From Escherichia coli (GTDB taxonomy: Bacteria; Pseudomonadota; Gammaproteobacteria; Enterobacterales; Enterobacteriaceae), in NCBI RefSeq assembly GCF_009931435.1, contig NZ_CP043414.1: DNA of 64,000 nucleotides; one strand, written 5' to 3'. Below, piece after piece: positions 32,578 through 49,528 of the stretch (positions are counted from its first letter, which is position 1; every line of letters begins with the position of its first letter). A program made the translations under genes and the position numbers. The notes below the pieces were generated by a model. The model worked only from the letters and a program-made list of their open reading frames with translations, searched no databases and was not told the origin of the DNA.

Positions 32578-32602
32578 TTTTGACTGATGCCAAACGCCAG
32601 AT

Positions 32603-32684
32603 TGCCCGATGCGCTGCGCTTATCGGGCCTACATGTCGCACGAACTATGTAGGCCGGATAAGGCGTTCACGCCGCATCCGGCAC
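32603..32684. repeat. REP/BIME palindromic unit cluster
   Basis: Two inverted REP-like units (gcccgatgcgctgcgcttatcgggcctaca and gtaggccggataaggcgttcacgccgcatccggca) between higA and ascB. Confidence 0.8.
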
Positions 32685-32690
32685 GTTTGC

Positions 32691-35581
<2,891 letters not shown>

Positions 35582-35840
35582 CGGATTTTATCCTGTTATC
35601 AGTAGGGTAGAGGTAGTTGTTATCAGTCGACGTGACGGGAAATTGCCGATGCTGAAACGGAATTAAGAAACCGGTTTCACAAAATCATGAATAGTTGATA
35701 CTGATTAAGCAAGAGAGTTAATTGCTCATTTTTTATATTTGTGAAACCGGTCACCTGAATATTTTTCCCGCTGCTTGCGCAAGGACAATCAGCCAACGGT
35801 GCAGTACACTGCGTTGATTGCGTGTAAAGGGATGAAAATG

Positions 35841-36851
35841 ATGACGACGATGCTGGAAGTGGCGAAGCGCGCCGGGGTTTCAAAAGCGACCGTTTCCCGC
35901 GTGCTTTCAGGTAATGGCTACGTCAGCCAGGAAACTAAAGATCGCGTGTTTCAGGCGGTGGAAGAGAGCGGCTACCGCCCAAATTTGCTGGCGCGCAATC
36001 TGTCAGCGAAGAGTACCCAGACGCTGGGGCTGGTAGTGACCAACACGCTTTACCACGGCATTTATTTTAGTGAATTACTGTTTCATACCGCGAGAATGGC
36101 GGAAGAGAAAGGGCGTCAGCTGCTATTGGCAGATGGCAAACATAGCGCCGAAGAAGAACGCCAGGCGATTCAGTATCTACTGGATCTGCGCTGCGACGCC
36201 ATTATGATTTACCCGCGCTTTTTAAGCGTGGATGAGATTGATGACATCATTGATGCACACAATCAGCCGATAATGGTGCTCAATCGCCGCCTGCGCAAAA
36301 ACAGTAGCCATAGCGTCTGGTGCGATCATAAACAGACCAGCTTTAACGCCGTGGCAGAGTTGATAAACGCCGGACATCAGGAGATTGCTTTCCTTACCGG
36401 TTCGATGGATTCCCCCACCAGCATTGAACGCCTTGCCGGATATAAAGACGCGCTGGCGCAGCATGGTATTGCACTCAATGAAAAACTTATCGCTAACGGT
36501 AAATGGACGCCTGCCAGCGGGGCCGAAGGGGTAGAAACGTTGCTCGAACGTGGGGCTAAATTTAGCGCGTTAGTTGCCAGTAACGACGATATGGCGATAG
36601 GTGCGATGAAAGCGTTGCATGACCGTGGTGTAGCGGTGCCGGAGCAAGTATCGGTTATTGGATTTGATGATATCGCAATTGCCCCCTACACCGTTCCGGC
36701 GCTCTCCAGCGTAAAAATTCCGGTGACTGAGATGATTCAGGAAATAATTGGGCGGCTGATATTTATGCTCGATGGTGGTGCTTACACACCGCCGAAAACC
36801 TTCAGCGGAAAACTAATCCGCCGCGACTCACTCATTGCTCTTTCGCGATAA
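35841..36851 (+). CDS. ascG: LacI-family repressor of the asc operon
   Basis: Start at MTTMLEVAKRAGVSKATVSRV (HTH); divergent from ascF. Confidence 0.92.
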   Translation: MTTMLEVAKRAGVSKATVSRVLSGNGYVSQETKDRVFQAVEESGYRPNLLARNLSAKSTQTLGLVVTNTLYHGIYFSELLFHTARMAEEKGRQLLLADGKHSAEEERQAIQYLLDLRCDAIMIYPRFLSVDEIDDIIDAHNQPIMVLNRRLRKNSSHSVWCDHKQTSFNAVAELINAGHQEIAFLTGSMDSPTSIERLAGYKDALAQHGIALNEKLIANGKWTPASGAEGVETLLERGAKFSALVASNDDMAIGAMKALHDRGVAVPEQVSVIGFDDIAIAPYTVPALSSVKIPVTEMIQEIIGRLIFMLDGGAYTPPKTFSGKLIRRDSLIALSR

Positions 36852-36999
36852 ACATTGTCATCACATGTCATCGTCACTAGTGTCGATGACATCGTTTTTT
36901 CTGCACTGCAGAATTTAATTTCTTTAAATAACAATCAATTAAAAGTTGGCATGATTTGTGAATGTATCGGCGCATTAACTGTCATTGCTGGAGAATTTG

Positions 37000-37527
37000 A
37001 TGAACCGTTTCATCATTGCTGACGCAAGTAAATGTATTGGTTGTCGTACCTGTGAAGTGGCGTGCGTGGTTTCTCATCAGGAGAATCAGGACTGTGCATC
37101 GCTGACCCCGGAAACTTTTTTACCGCGAATCCATGTCATTAAAGGTGTGAACATTTCCACGGCGACAGTCTGCCGTCAGTGTGAAGATGCACCGTGCGCT
37201 AATGTCTGCCCGAATGGTGCTATCAGCCGTGATAAAGGGTTTGTTCATGTCATGCAGGAACGTTGCATTGGTTGCAAAACCTGCGTTGTGGCTTGCCCGT
37301 ATGGTGCGATGGAAGTGGTAGTGCGTCCGGTGATTCGCAACAGCGGCGCAGGGCTTAACGTACGCGCTGACAAAGCCGAAGCTAATAAATGCGACCTCTG
37401 TAACCATCGTGAAGACGGCCCGGCCTGTATGGCTGCTTGCCCGACCCATGCGCTGATTTGTGTCGATCGTAATAAACTTGAACAACTGAGCGCAGAAAAA
37501 CGCCGCCGCACGGCGCTGATGTTCTAA
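37000..37527 (+). CDS. hydN: 4Fe-4S ferredoxin-type electron transport protein HydN
   Basis: Start at [22 protein letters not shown]; several Cys4 cluster motifs; upstream repeats of TGTCAT/GTCGATGACA resemble FhlA UAS elements. Confidence 0.9.
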   Translation: MNRFIIADASKCIGCRTCEVACVVSHQENQDCASLTPETFLPRIHVIKGVNISTATVCRQCEDAPCANVCPNGAISRDKGFVHVMQERCIGCKTCVVACPYGAMEVVVRPVIRNSGAGLNVRADKAEANKCDLCNHREDGPACMAACPTHALICVDRNKLEQLSAEKRRRTALMF

Positions 37528-37679
37528 AAATCTTACAGAACTGTTCTGGCATCAAAGGAATTCCCGGAAATATTCGTAGAATACGGAGCAGGCGGTATCG
37601 CCAACCTGTGACTACCGGATGCGACGCGGTCGTGTCCGGCTGGGCGGGTTACGCAATTCATGATGGCGGGAATAACTCA

Positions 37680-39932
37680 ATGGCAAAAAACACATCTTGC
37701 GGTGTCCAACTGCGTATTCGTGGCAAAGTGCAGGGCGTCGGTTTTCGTCCCTTTGTCTGGCAACTGGCACAGCAATTAAATCTTCACGGCGATGTCTGTA
37801 ATGACGGCGATGGCGTAGAAGTCCGGCTGCTGGAAGACCCGGAAACGTTTCTTGTTCAATTGCATCAGGATTGTCCGCCGCTGGCGCGTATTGATAGCGT
37901 CGAATGTGAGCCGTTTATCTGGATGCAGCCGCCCACTGAGTTCATCATCCGCCAGAGTGCGGGCGGCGTCATGAATACGCAAATTGTTCCCGATGCCGCT
38001 ACTTGTCCTGCCTGTCTTGCCGAAATGAATACCCCAGGCGAACGGCGTTATCGTTATCCGTTTATCAACTGTACCCATTGCGGCCCGCGTTTCACCATTA
38101 TTCGCGCGATGCCTTACGACCGTCCATTTACCGTGATGGCGGCGTTTCCGCTATGTCCGGCCTGCGATAAAGAATATCGCGACCCGCTCGATCGTCGCTT
38201 CCACGCCCAGCCGGTGGCCTGCCCGGAGTGTGGCCCACATCTTGAATGGCTAAGTCATGGTGAACATGCGAAACAAGAGGCGGCATTACAGGCGGCTATC
38301 GCTCAGTTAAAAATGGGCAACATTGTCGCTATCAAAGGGATTGGCGGATTTCATCTCGCCTGCGATGCGCTTAACAGTAACGCGGTGGCGACACTACGGG
38401 CGCGCAAACATCGCCCGGCGAAACCGCTGGCGGTTATGTTGCCAACGGCAGAAGGTTTGCCCGACGCTGCCCGACAGTTGCTCACCACGCCCGCCGCGCC
38501 GATTGTACTGGTGGATAAAATATATGTTCCGGAACTTTGTGACGATATCGCCCCTGGCCTTAACGAAGTCGGGGTGATGTTGCCTGCGAATCCGCTCCAG
38601 CATTTGCTGTTACAGGAACTGCAATGCCCGCTGGTGATGACCTCCGGCAACCTGAGCGGTAAACCACCGGCTATCAGCAACGAACAGGCGCTGGAGGACT
38701 TGCAGGACATTGCCGACGGATTCTTGATTCATAACCGCGACATCGTGCAGCGGATGGATGATTCAGTGGTGCGCGAAAGTGGCGAAATGTTGCGCCGCTC
38801 GCGGGGGTATGTACCGGATGCGCTGGCTTTGCCTCCGGGCTTTAAAAATATTCCTCCTGTGCTGTGTCTCGGTGCGGATCTGAAAAATACCTTCTGTCTG
38901 GTGCGTGGTGAACAGGCGGTGTTGAGTCAACATTTGGGCGATTTAAGTGACGATGGCATTCAGATGCAGTGGCGCGAAGCGTTGCGTCTGATGCAAAACA
39001 TCTACGATTTTACCCCGCAATACGTTGTGCATGACGCGCATCCGGGCTATGTCTCCAGCCAGTGGGCGCGCGAAATGAATCTGCCGACGCAAACGGTGCT
39101 GCATCATCATGCTCATGCGGCGGCGTGTCTGGCAGAACATCACTGGCCGCTGGATGGCAGTGATGTCATTGCTTTGACGCTCGACGGTATTGGTATGGGC
39201 GAAAACGGCGCTTTATGGGGCGGCGAGTGCTTGCGGGTGAACTATCGCGAATGCCAGCACCTGGGTGGCTTGCCTGCGGTGGCGCTTCCGGGGGGCGATC
39301 TTGCGGCAAAGCAGCCGTGGCGAAACCTGCTGGCGCAGTGCCTGCGCTTTGTGCCGGAGTGGCAGAATTACCCTGAAGCGGCAAGTGTGCAACAGCAAAA
39401 CTGGAGCGTGCTGGCGCGGGCCATTGAGCGTGGAATTAACGCGCCGCTGGCGTCATCGTGCGGGCGTTTGTTCGATGCTGTGGCGGCGGCACTGGGCTGT
39501 GCGCCAGCCACGTTAAGTTATGAAGGTGAAGCGGCTTGCGCCCTCGAGGCGCTGGCGGCTTCATGCCAGGGAGTGACGCATCCGGTGACGATGCCGCTGG
39601 TGGACAATCAGCTGGATCTCGCCACTTTCTGGCAGCAGTGGCTGAACTGGCAGGCACCGGTTAATCAACGCGCGTGGGCATTTCATGATGCGCTGGCGCA
39701 GGGTTTTGCCGCGTTGATGCGTGAGCAGGCCACGATGCGTGGTATCACTACGCTGGTATTTAGCGGCGGGGTTATTCATAACCGTTTGCTGCGTGCACGT
39801 CTGGCGCATTATCTTGCTGATTTTACGTTGCTCTTCCCGCAGAGTTTACCTGCGGGGGATGGCGGGTTGTCTCTGGGGCAGGGGGTTATTGCTGCGGCCC
39901 GTTGGGTGGCGGGTGAAGCCCAGAACGGATAA
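37680..39932 (+). CDS. hypF: carbamoyltransferase HypF (hydrogenase maturation)
   Basis: Start at [25 protein letters not shown] (acylphosphatase domain), then zinc-finger CxxC pairs, YrdC-like and Kae1-like domains. Confidence 0.92.
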   Translation: MAKNTSCGVQLRIRGKVQGVGFRPFVWQLAQQLNLHGDVCNDGDGVEVRLLEDPETFLVQLHQDCPPLARIDSVECEPFIWMQPPTEFIIRQSAGGVMNTQIVPDAATCPACLAEMNTPGERRYRYPFINCTHCGPRFTIIRAMPYDRPFTVMAAFPLCPACDKEYRDPLDRRFHAQPVACPECGPHLEWLSHGEHAKQEAALQAAIAQLKMGNIVAIKGIGGFHLACDALNSNAVATLRARKHRPAKPLAVMLPTAEGLPDAARQLLTTPAAPIVLVDKIYVPELCDDIAPGLNEVGVMLPANPLQHLLLQELQCPLVMTSGNLSGKPPAISNEQALEDLQDIADGFLIHNRDIVQRMDDSVVRESGEMLRRSRGYVPDALALPPGFKNIPPVLCLGADLKNTFCLVRGEQAVLSQHLGDLSDDGIQMQWREALRLMQNIYDFTPQYVVHDAHPGYVSSQWAREMNLPTQTVLHHHAHAAACLAEHHWPLDGSDVIALTLDGIGMGENGALWGGECLRVNYRECQHLGGLPAVALPGGDLAAKQPWRNLLAQCLRFVPEWQNYPEAASVQQQNWSVLARAIERGINAPLASSCGRLFDAVAAALGCAPATLSYEGEAACALEALAASCQGVTHPVTMPLVDNQLDLATFWQQWLNWQAPVNQRAWAFHDALAQGFAALMREQATMRGITTLVFSGGVIHNRLLRARLAHYLADFTLLFPQSLPAGDGGLSLGQGVIAAARWVAGEAQNG

Positions 39933-39953
39933 ACGTGTTGCATTTGGGCGCAG

Positions 39954-40038
39954 TGCCGGATGCGGCGTGAACGCCTTATCCGGCCTACACATGCGCTCCC
40001 CGTAGGTCGGATAAGACGCGCCAGCGTCGCATCCGACA
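39954..40038. repeat. REP/BIME palindromic unit cluster
   Basis: Inverted REP units tgccggatgcggcgtgaacgccttatccggcctaca and gtaggtcggataagacgcgccagcgtcgcatccgaca between hypF and norW. Confidence 0.8.
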
Positions 40039-40058
40039 TTTTGGGCACACTAGCCTGC

Positions 40059-41192
40059 CTACATCGGCAAGGTTTTCAACAATCCAAACGCCTCTTTCAT
40101 CCGATCCTCACTGACCACAAAAGCGCGAAGCTGGTCAGCATCGTCAACGCCGCGCGCCACCATTCCCTGGCTTTCGGTACAAATCTGCCAGCGCAAATCC
40201 CGACGCTGGGTTTCCCCTGCCAGATGCAGCGGTAATTCCGGCGTTTTGATTTTTACCAGCATGGCGGGAAGTTTCAGCGGTGCGTTTCCACCGAGCAAGT
40301 TCTTCGCCAGCACCATCGCGCTAAGTTGAATCGGCTGCAGGAACGGCAATACCTGACCGTTAATTTCTGCGCAATCGCCCAGCGCGTAAATATCGGCATT
40401 ACTGGTTTGCAGATAACTATCGACGCAAACGCCGCGATTAATCGTCAGCCCTGTACGTCGTGCCAGGGCGGTTTCCGGGCGCAGTCCGGTGGCGGCAATT
40501 ACCGCATCCACTTCGATGCTGCGCTGGCGGTCCAGCGTTGCCAGAATACCAGAATTCGTTTTTTCCAGCCCCTGCAACTGAGATTTCAACAGCAGATGAA
40601 CGCCCATCTCCGTCAACCGATGCTGCAAGCGGCTGCTTACTTCCGGTGGCATTAACGACGCCAGAATACTGGCAGCGTTGTCGATTAGCGTGACCGCTTT
40701 GCCTGCCCGACAAAAATCCATCGCCAGCTCGCTACCAATCAAGCCACCGCCAACAATCAACACGCGTCGGGCATCCCGCAGTTGCGTTTCACAGGCGCGA
40801 TACTCTTGCTGACTATTTAACGTCAGCATTAACTCACGCCCAGACACTGGCGGGACAAAGGCACTGGCACCAGTTGCCAGCACCAGCTTGTCGTATTGCC
40901 ACTGATTATTCTGGCTTTTCACCACATGGGCTTCGGCATCGATATCCGTCACCCAGGTGTGCGGAAACAGGTGCAGATTAAACTGCTCGGCAAATTCACC
41001 CGCCGTCTGGCGGGTGAGGTCATCGGCACGTTGCCCCTGGCTGATAACATGGCTAAGATCAGGTTTGTTGTACTCATCCATGCTGTCGGCGGCAATCAGG
41101 GTTAATGGAATACTGGCGTCCTGTTTGCGAATATTTTTCACCAGTTGGCGGGCGGCGAAGCCCGAACCAATGATCACAATGCCGTTGCTCAT
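40059..41192 (-). CDS. norW: NADH:flavorubredoxin reductase
   Basis: 377-aa ORF with FAD/NAD Rossmann motifs ([16 protein letters not shown]). Confidence 0.93.
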   Translation of the reverse strand: MSNGIVIIGSGFAARQLVKNIRKQDASIPLTLIAADSMDEYNKPDLSHVISQGQRADDLTRQTAGEFAEQFNLHLFPHTWVTDIDAEAHVVKSQNNQWQYDKLVLATGASAFVPPVSGRELMLTLNSQQEYRACETQLRDARRVLIVGGGLIGSELAMDFCRAGKAVTLIDNAASILASLMPPEVSSRLQHRLTEMGVHLLLKSQLQGLEKTNSGILATLDRQRSIEVDAVIAATGLRPETALARRTGLTINRGVCVDSYLQTSNADIYALGDCAEINGQVLPFLQPIQLSAMVLAKNLLGGNAPLKLPAMLVKIKTPELPLHLAGETQRRDLRWQICTESQGMVARGVDDADQLRAFVVSEDRMKEAFGLLKTLPM

Positions 41193-42628
41193 TTTGCCTC
41201 CGATGCCAGTTCGTCAAAGACGTCTTTGCCAAGGGAGCATTCCGGGCACAGGAAGTTATCCGGGACTTCACTCCACGGCGTTCCTGGCGCAACGTCCTGC
41301 ATTGGCTCGCCTTTTGCCGGATCGTAAATCCACTGGCAGACGCTGCACTGCATCCGTGGGCCGAGGTCAGCCGTCGTGGTGGCACAGGTTTCTTCTTTAA
41401 CCACCGTATTCACCGTGCTCTGCGGCAGCGGCGAAAGCGCCCACTGACGGGCAATTTCACGACCGTGTTCACGGCATAACTCCAGCGCATCCTGGTCCGG
41501 TCGCCATTTGGCTTTCAGGCTAAGCGACATTTCGAAACCTGCATCCTGCAGGCGTGTGGAAAGACGATCCACCGCACCGCCGCTCCAGCCGTGAGAGCCG
41601 AAAGCACTGGCGCGTTTGTTACGGAAGCGTAATCCGGTCATCTCCTCCACCAGCCCGGCGATTTTAGGCATCATCACGTTATTCATCGTCGAAGTGCCGA
41701 CCAGCACGCCTTTTGAGCGGAAGACATTGGTCAGGATTTCGTTTTTATCGCTTCGGGCGACGTTGAAAATTTTCACCGCTACGCGCGGGTCGGTTTCCGC
41801 AATCCCCTGGGCGATAGCGTCAGCCATCATGCGGGTGTTATTCGACATGGTGTCGTAGAAAATGGTGATTCTGTCTTCCTGATAATCCGCCGCCCATTTC
41901 AGGTACAGCTCGACAATTTGCGTCGGGTTATCGCGCCACACTACACCGTGAGAGGTGGCAATCATATCGACCGGCAAGTTAAAGCCCAGGATCTCGGTGA
42001 TTTTCGGCGTTACCAGGCGGCTGAACGGTGTCAGGATATTGGCGTAGTAACGCTGACACTGCTCGAAAAGCTCGGTCTGATCCACTTCATCGTTGAAGAG
42101 ATGCTCGTCGCAGTAGTGCTGACCGAAAGCATCGTTACTGAACAGCACCGCGTCGCCCGTCAGGTAAGTCATCATGCTGTCCGGCCAGTGCAGCATTGGC
42201 GTTTCGACAAAAATGAGCTGTTTGCCGTTGCCGATATCCAGCGTGTCGCCGGTTTTCACCACGTTGAAATTCCACTCTGGATGATGGTGATGACCATTTA
42301 TTGAGTCGATAGCGTTGGCAGTACAATAGATCGGCGTATCGGGAATTTGCGCCATCAGTTCGGTCAGCGCCCCGGCGTGGTCCTCTTCAGCATGGTTAAT
42401 CACGATGTAATCGATATCCGCCAGATCGATTTCATTACGCAGGTTCTGCACAAATTCGCGGCTGAATTTATGGTCGACGGTGTCGATCAGCACGTTTTTT
42501 TCTTCGCGAATGAGGTAGCTGTTGTAGCTGCTGCCGCGCAGCGTTTTATATTCTGTACCGTGAAAATCACGCACTTCCCAGTCACGTTGACCAACCCAAT
42601 GAATGTTATTTTTCACCACAATAGACAT
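41189..42628 (-). CDS. norV: anaerobic nitric oxide reductase flavorubredoxin
   Basis: 479-aa ORF: metallo-beta-lactamase-like plus flavodoxin domains and C-terminal rubredoxin CxxC…CxxC. Confidence 0.93.
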   Translation of the reverse strand: MSIVVKNNIHWVGQRDWEVRDFHGTEYKTLRGSSYNSYLIREEKNVLIDTVDHKFSREFVQNLRNEIDLADIDYIVINHAEEDHAGALTELMAQIPDTPIYCTANAIDSINGHHHHPEWNFNVVKTGDTLDIGNGKQLIFVETPMLHWPDSMMTYLTGDAVLFSNDAFGQHYCDEHLFNDEVDQTELFEQCQRYYANILTPFSRLVTPKITEILGFNLPVDMIATSHGVVWRDNPTQIVELYLKWAADYQEDRITIFYDTMSNNTRMMADAIAQGIAETDPRVAVKIFNVARSDKNEILTNVFRSKGVLVGTSTMNNVMMPKIAGLVEEMTGLRFRNKRASAFGSHGWSGGAVDRLSTRLQDAGFEMSLSLKAKWRPDQDALELCREHGREIARQWALSPLPQSTVNTVVKEETCATTTADLGPRMQCSVCQWIYDPAKGEPMQDVAPGTPWSEVPDNFLCPECSLGKDVFDELASEAK

Positions 42629-42674
42629 AGCAACCTCAATTTATTCAGTGTGTTCTAAAAAGATGTCTTGCTAA

Positions 42675-42692
42675 TTGCAGATTGCGTGCCAG
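42675..42692 (-). promoter_or_regulatory. sigma54 (-24/-12) promoter of norVW
   Basis: Minus strand reads CTGGCACGCAATCTGCAA (GG-N10-GC). Confidence 0.7.
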
Positions 42693-42746
42693 TTTTTTAT
42701 CTGATTGTTTTTACTATATAAATAAAATTATGCTCATTAATGAGTA

Positions 42747-42802
42747 GTCAAAATGACTATCAATAAAATGGTCGATATGACAATATCTATAGTCAAATTG
42801 AC
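42747..42802. promoter_or_regulatory. three NorR enhancer sites (GT-N7-AC inverted repeats)
   Basis: gtcaaaatgac (42747-42757), gtcgatatgac (42771-42781), gtcaaattgac (42792-42802) in the norR-norV divergent region. Confidence 0.8.
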
Positions 42803-42814
42803 AGTGAGGCAAAG

Positions 42815-44329
42815 ATGAGTTTTTCCGTTGATGTGCTGGCGAATATCGCCATCGAATTGCAGCGTGGGATTGGTCATCAGGATCGTTTTCAGCGCCTGAT
42901 CACCACGCTGCGTCAGGTGCTGGAGTGCGATGCGTCTGCGTTGCTACGTTACGACTCGCGGCAGTTTATTCCGCTTGCCATCGACGGACTGGCAAAGGAT
43001 GTACTCGGTAGACGCTTTGCCCTGGAAGGTCATCCACGGCTGGAAGCGATTGCCCGCGCCGGGGACGTGGTGCGCTTTCCCGCAGACAGCGAATTGCCCG
43101 ATCCCTATGACGGTTTGATTCCCGGGCAGGAGAGTCTGAAGGTTCACGCCTGCGTTGGTCTACCGCTGTTTGCTGGACAAAACCTGATTGGCGCATTGAC
43201 GCTCGACGGGATGCAGCCCGATCAGTTCGATGTTTTCAGCGACGAGGAGTTACGGCTGATTGCCGCTCTGGCGGCGGGGGCGTTAAGCAATGCGCTGCTG
43301 ATTGAACAACTGGAAAGTCAGAATATGCTGCCGGGCGATGCCGCGCCATTTGAAGCGGTGAAAGAGACGCAGATGATCGGTCTGTCGCCAGGCATGACGC
43401 AATTGAAAAAAGAGATTGAGATTGTGGCGGCGTCCGATCTCAACGTCCTAATCAGTGGTGAGACGGGAACCGGTAAGGAATTGGTGGCGAAAGCGATTCA
43501 TGAAGCCTCGCCACGGGCGGTGAATCCGTTAGTCTATCTCAACTGTGCCGCACTGCCGGAAAGTGTGGCGGAAAGTGAGTTGTTCGGGCACGTGAAAGGG
43601 GCGTTTACTGGCGCTATCAGTAACCGCAGTGGAAAGTTTGAAATGGCGGATAACGGCACGCTGTTTCTGGATGAGATCGGCGAGTTGTCGTTGGCATTGC
43701 AGGCCAAGCTGCTGCGGGTGTTGCAGTATGGCGATATTCAGCGCGTTGGCGATGACCGCAGTTTGCGGGTCGATGTGCGCGTGCTGGCGGCGACTAACCG
43801 CGACTTGCGCGAAGAGGTGCTGGCAGGGCGATTTCGTGCTGACTTGTTTCATCGCCTGAGTGTGTTTCCGCTTTCGGTGCCGCCGCTGCGTGAGCGGGGT
43901 GATGACGTCATTCTGCTGGCGGGGTATTACTGCGAACAGTGCCGCCTGCGGTTGGGGCTTTCCCGCGTGGTGTTAAGTTCCGGGGCGCGGAATTTATTGC
44001 AACATTATAGTTTCCCGGGGAACGTGCGCGAACTGGAACATGCTATTCATCGGGCGGTGGTGCTGGCGAGAGCGACCCGCAGCGGCGATGAAGTGATTCT
44101 CGAGGCGCAACATTTTGCTTTTTCTGAGGTGACGTTGCCGACGGCAGAAGTGCCGATGGTGCCCGTTGTTAAGCAAAACCTGCGTGAAGCGACAGAAGCG
44201 TTCCAGCGTGAAACTATTCGCCAGGCGCTGGCACAAAATCATCACAACTGGGCTGCCAGCGCACGGATGCTGGAAACCGACGTCGCCAACCTGCATCGGC
44301 TGGCGAAACGTCTGGGGCTGAAGGATTAA
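42815..44329 (+). CDS. norR: NO-responsive sigma54-dependent activator NorR
   Basis: 504-aa ORF: GAF domain, AAA+ ([14 protein letters not shown]), C-terminal HTH. Confidence 0.93.
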   Translation: MSFSVDVLANIAIELQRGIGHQDRFQRLITTLRQVLECDASALLRYDSRQFIPLAIDGLAKDVLGRRFALEGHPRLEAIARAGDVVRFPADSELPDPYDGLIPGQESLKVHACVGLPLFAGQNLIGALTLDGMQPDQFDVFSDEELRLIAALAAGALSNALLIEQLESQNMLPGDAAPFEAVKETQMIGLSPGMTQLKKEIEIVAASDLNVLISGETGTGKELVAKAIHEASPRAVNPLVYLNCAALPESVAESELFGHVKGAFTGAISNRSGKFEMADNGTLFLDEIGELSLALQAKLLRVLQYGDIQRVGDDRSLRVDVRVLAATNRDLREEVLAGRFRADLFHRLSVFPLSVPPLRERGDDVILLAGYYCEQCRLRLGLSRVVLSSGARNLLQHYSFPGNVRELEHAIHRAVVLARATRSGDEVILEAQHFAFSEVTLPTAEVPMVPVVKQNLREATEAFQRETIRQALAQNHHNWAASARMLETDVANLHRLAKRLGLKD

Positions 44330-45291
44330 ATAATCCCGGCCTGATAGAAATCCTGCAGGTTAATTGCGCCGGTAAGTTTGCCGTTTTCATCCACCACTGG
44401 TGCGGCGGTGATTTTGCGTTTCATCAGAACTTCTTTGGCGTCGATGGCGCGGCTTTGCGCCTGTAATGTGGTGCCGCCTGTCGTCATCGCTTCATTAACT
44501 GGCGTGGTGAGTGCGCCGCCGCCAACCAGCCAGCGACGTAAATCCCCGTCGGTAAAGACGCCTTGGACCTGTTGTTGAACGTCGCACACGGCTACCAGTC
44601 CCAGACCGGTGCGACTGAGTTCCAGCATCGCATCCATCACGCTGGCGGTTAACGCCACCTGCGGGATGGCGTCATCACGGCGCATCAGATGATGCACTTT
44701 GTTCAGCAAGCGAGCGCCCAGTGCCCCAGCTGGGTGGGATCGGGCAAAATCTTCTTCATTAAATCCGCGCGCCTGCATGACCGCCATCGCCAGCGCGTCG
44801 CCCATCATCAGGGTATTCACAGTGCTGGAGGTCGGTGCAAGATGCATCGGGCAGGCTTCGCGTTCTACAGAGATATCCAGCACCGCTTTCGCCGCCAGGC
44901 CCAGCGGTGATGTCGGTTTACCGGTCATCGCCAGCAGCGCGATAGATTTGTCTTCCAGACGCGGAATAATCAGATCCAGTTCCTTTGCGCCACCGGAGTA
45001 AGAGATAAACAGCATCACATCGCGGCTTTCAATCATCCCCAGATCGCCGTGCAGTGCTTCTGCCGGATGGACAAAAAAAGCAGGCGTGCCGGTACTGGCA
45101 AGCGTTGCGGCGATTTTCTTACCAATGTGGCCCGATTTGCCAATTCCCGAAACCACCACTTTGCCTTCGCAGTGCAGGATGATATTGGCGGCGCGAACAA
45201 AATCATCGCCCAGACGTTCTGGTAAACGGCTTGCTTCCTGCAACTCCAGCATTAACGTCTGACGTCCCGCGTTCAGTAGTGCTTCACTCAT
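44326..45291 (-). CDS. gutQ: D-arabinose 5-phosphate isomerase GutQ (SIS + CBS domains)
   Basis: 321-aa ORF; last gene of the gut/srl operon. Confidence 0.9.
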   Translation of the reverse strand: MSEALLNAGRQTLMLELQEASRLPERLGDDFVRAANIILHCEGKVVVSGIGKSGHIGKKIAATLASTGTPAFFVHPAEALHGDLGMIESRDVMLFISYSGGAKELDLIIPRLEDKSIALLAMTGKPTSPLGLAAKAVLDISVEREACPMHLAPTSSTVNTLMMGDALAMAVMQARGFNEEDFARSHPAGALGARLLNKVHHLMRRDDAIPQVALTASVMDAMLELSRTGLGLVAVCDVQQQVQGVFTDGDLRRWLVGGGALTTPVNEAMTTGGTTLQAQSRAIDAKEVLMKRKITAAPVVDENGKLTGAINLQDFYQAGII

Positions 45292-46057
45292 TGCTCTCTC
45301 CGGTTATGATCACATCGATCCCTTTCTCTTCCAGCGCCTGACGAAACGCCGGATCGATACCTGCGTCGGTAATTAGCTTATCGACGCTTTCAAGACTGCA
45401 AACTACGTTGGGGCTTTTACGGCCAAACTTTGATGAGTCCGCCATCAAAATCACTTCGCGCGCGGCATTACACATCGCTTTACTGACGGTATAGACCTCG
45501 TTGAAGGTAGTTACGCCTGCATTGAGATCGATGCCATCGGTGCCCATAAACAATTTATCGAAGCTGAAATGTTCGAAGGCGTTCTCTGCCAGCTGCCCGT
45601 GAAATGAGGCCGATTTTTTACGAAACGTTCCGCCTGGCATCAGGATAGTTTGTTCGTTATCCAGTTCGGATAGCGCATTGACGATATGCAGGCTGTTGGT
45701 CATTACTGTGATGTTATTAAAGCGCGAGAGCAGGGGGACCATCTGCAAAACTGTACTGCCAGCATCAAGAATGATCGAATCGCCATCATGGATAAAACTA
45801 ACGGCAGCTTCTGCAATCAGCTCTTTCTTGTGGGTGTTGATGAGTGTTTTATGATCGATAGGCGGATCGGATTCCTCTTTATTCAACACCACTCCGCCAT
45901 AAGTACGAATGACGGTTCCTGCATGTTCCAGAATGACCAGATCTTTGCGAATGGTTGTGCCTGTGGTGTCAAAGTATTGCGCCAATTCTTCAACCGAGCA
46001 TTTACCCTGCTTTTGCAGATACTCCAGAATGGCGGCCTGACGCTGACGAGGTTTCAT
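45284..46057 (-). CDS. srlR: DeoR-family glucitol operon repressor
   Basis: 257-aa ORF with DeoR HTH and sugar-binding domain. Confidence 0.9.
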   Translation of the reverse strand: MKPRQRQAAILEYLQKQGKCSVEELAQYFDTTGTTIRKDLVILEHAGTVIRTYGGVVLNKEESDPPIDHKTLINTHKKELIAEAAVSFIHDGDSIILDAGSTVLQMVPLLSRFNNITVMTNSLHIVNALSELDNEQTILMPGGTFRKKSASFHGQLAENAFEHFSFDKLFMGTDGIDLNAGVTTFNEVYTVSKAMCNAAREVILMADSSKFGRKSPNVVCSLESVDKLITDAGIDPAFRQALEEKGIDVIITGESNE

Positions 46058-46123
46058 GGGCGTGATTACCTGATTTAGGTTTCAAAATGATAACTTCGCA
46101 AGCAAGTAACATTCACAACGAAA

Positions 46124-46483
46124 TTATCCACGTTTCAGTTTAAGCGCCAATGATAGAGCATTCTGTGATAGTGGATCATGGGGAAAGATCACATCGGGCC
46201 GTAAATCACCAGGATACATACCCGTAATTGCGGGAATTTTTTGCGGTTTAGCGAAAACGGTCAGTCCTTTCATAAACAAGGTATCGACGATGCGCTGCTG
46301 ATCGTCCAGGGCGATGGCGACCACGACCCGCGGTTTAAAGCGTCCGCTGGAACGGCCCACGCCAACCCGCCCTTGCTGGCATAGTGTGTCGAAGGCACGG
46401 TTAAAACGAGAAATTTGCCAGCCGCCTAAGGCCAGTTGCGCACACCAGGCGATAACGGCGACGGTGATGAGTGCGGATACCAT
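46124..46483 (-). CDS. srlM: glucitol operon activator GutM
   Basis: 119-aa ORF in conserved position between srlD and srlR. Confidence 0.85.
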   Translation of the reverse strand: MVSALITVAVIAWCAQLALGGWQISRFNRAFDTLCQQGRVGVGRSSGRFKPRVVVAIALDDQQRIVDTLFMKGLTVFAKPQKIPAITGMYPGDLRPDVIFPHDPLSQNALSLALKLKRG

Positions 46484-46518
46484 AACTTTTCCTTAATGTA
46501 GTGGCGGAAGTCCTGTAT

Positions 46519-46581
46519 GCCTGATGCGCGTAGCGCATCAGGCATTCTATTAGTCTCGCGGAGATCCTTAACGGATCTCCG
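46519..46581. repeat. REP-like palindrome plus second hairpin in the srlD-gutM intergenic region
   Basis: gcctgatgcgcgtagcgcatcaggc (perfect palindrome) and cggagatcc/ttaa/cggatctccg. Confidence 0.7.
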
Positions 46582-46588
46582 CTGTTGA

Positions 46589-47743
<1,155 letters not shown>

Positions 47744-47753
47744 GTTTCAGCCT

Positions 47754-49291
<1,538 letters not shown>

Positions 49292-49528
49292 TTATTGTTT
49301 TATTACCAAACGGCAACCTAATCTAATCAGATTGAAAGATTTAAAAGTGTTATTTTGATCGCAAAATGAAAGATAAATATTTTAATTTGAAAGTTTATAT
49401 AAAAGGATAGTGAGGCGGATGAGTTGAGTTATGTAAAGTCCGTATCGGGCAGTGACTACCGCTTCCTTGTGCGGGGCGTGATGCTTTACCATACTTGCCC
49501 CTGGTTGAATCTGTTAAATGGACCCCTC

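Noticed and set aside
36852-36999. Possible sigma54 promoter TGGCATGATTTGTGAA upstream of hydN
   Set aside because: The -24 element is good but the -12 element lacks the conserved GC, so I did not call it as a feature; the upstream TGTCAT repeats are still noted as possible FhlA sites under hydN.
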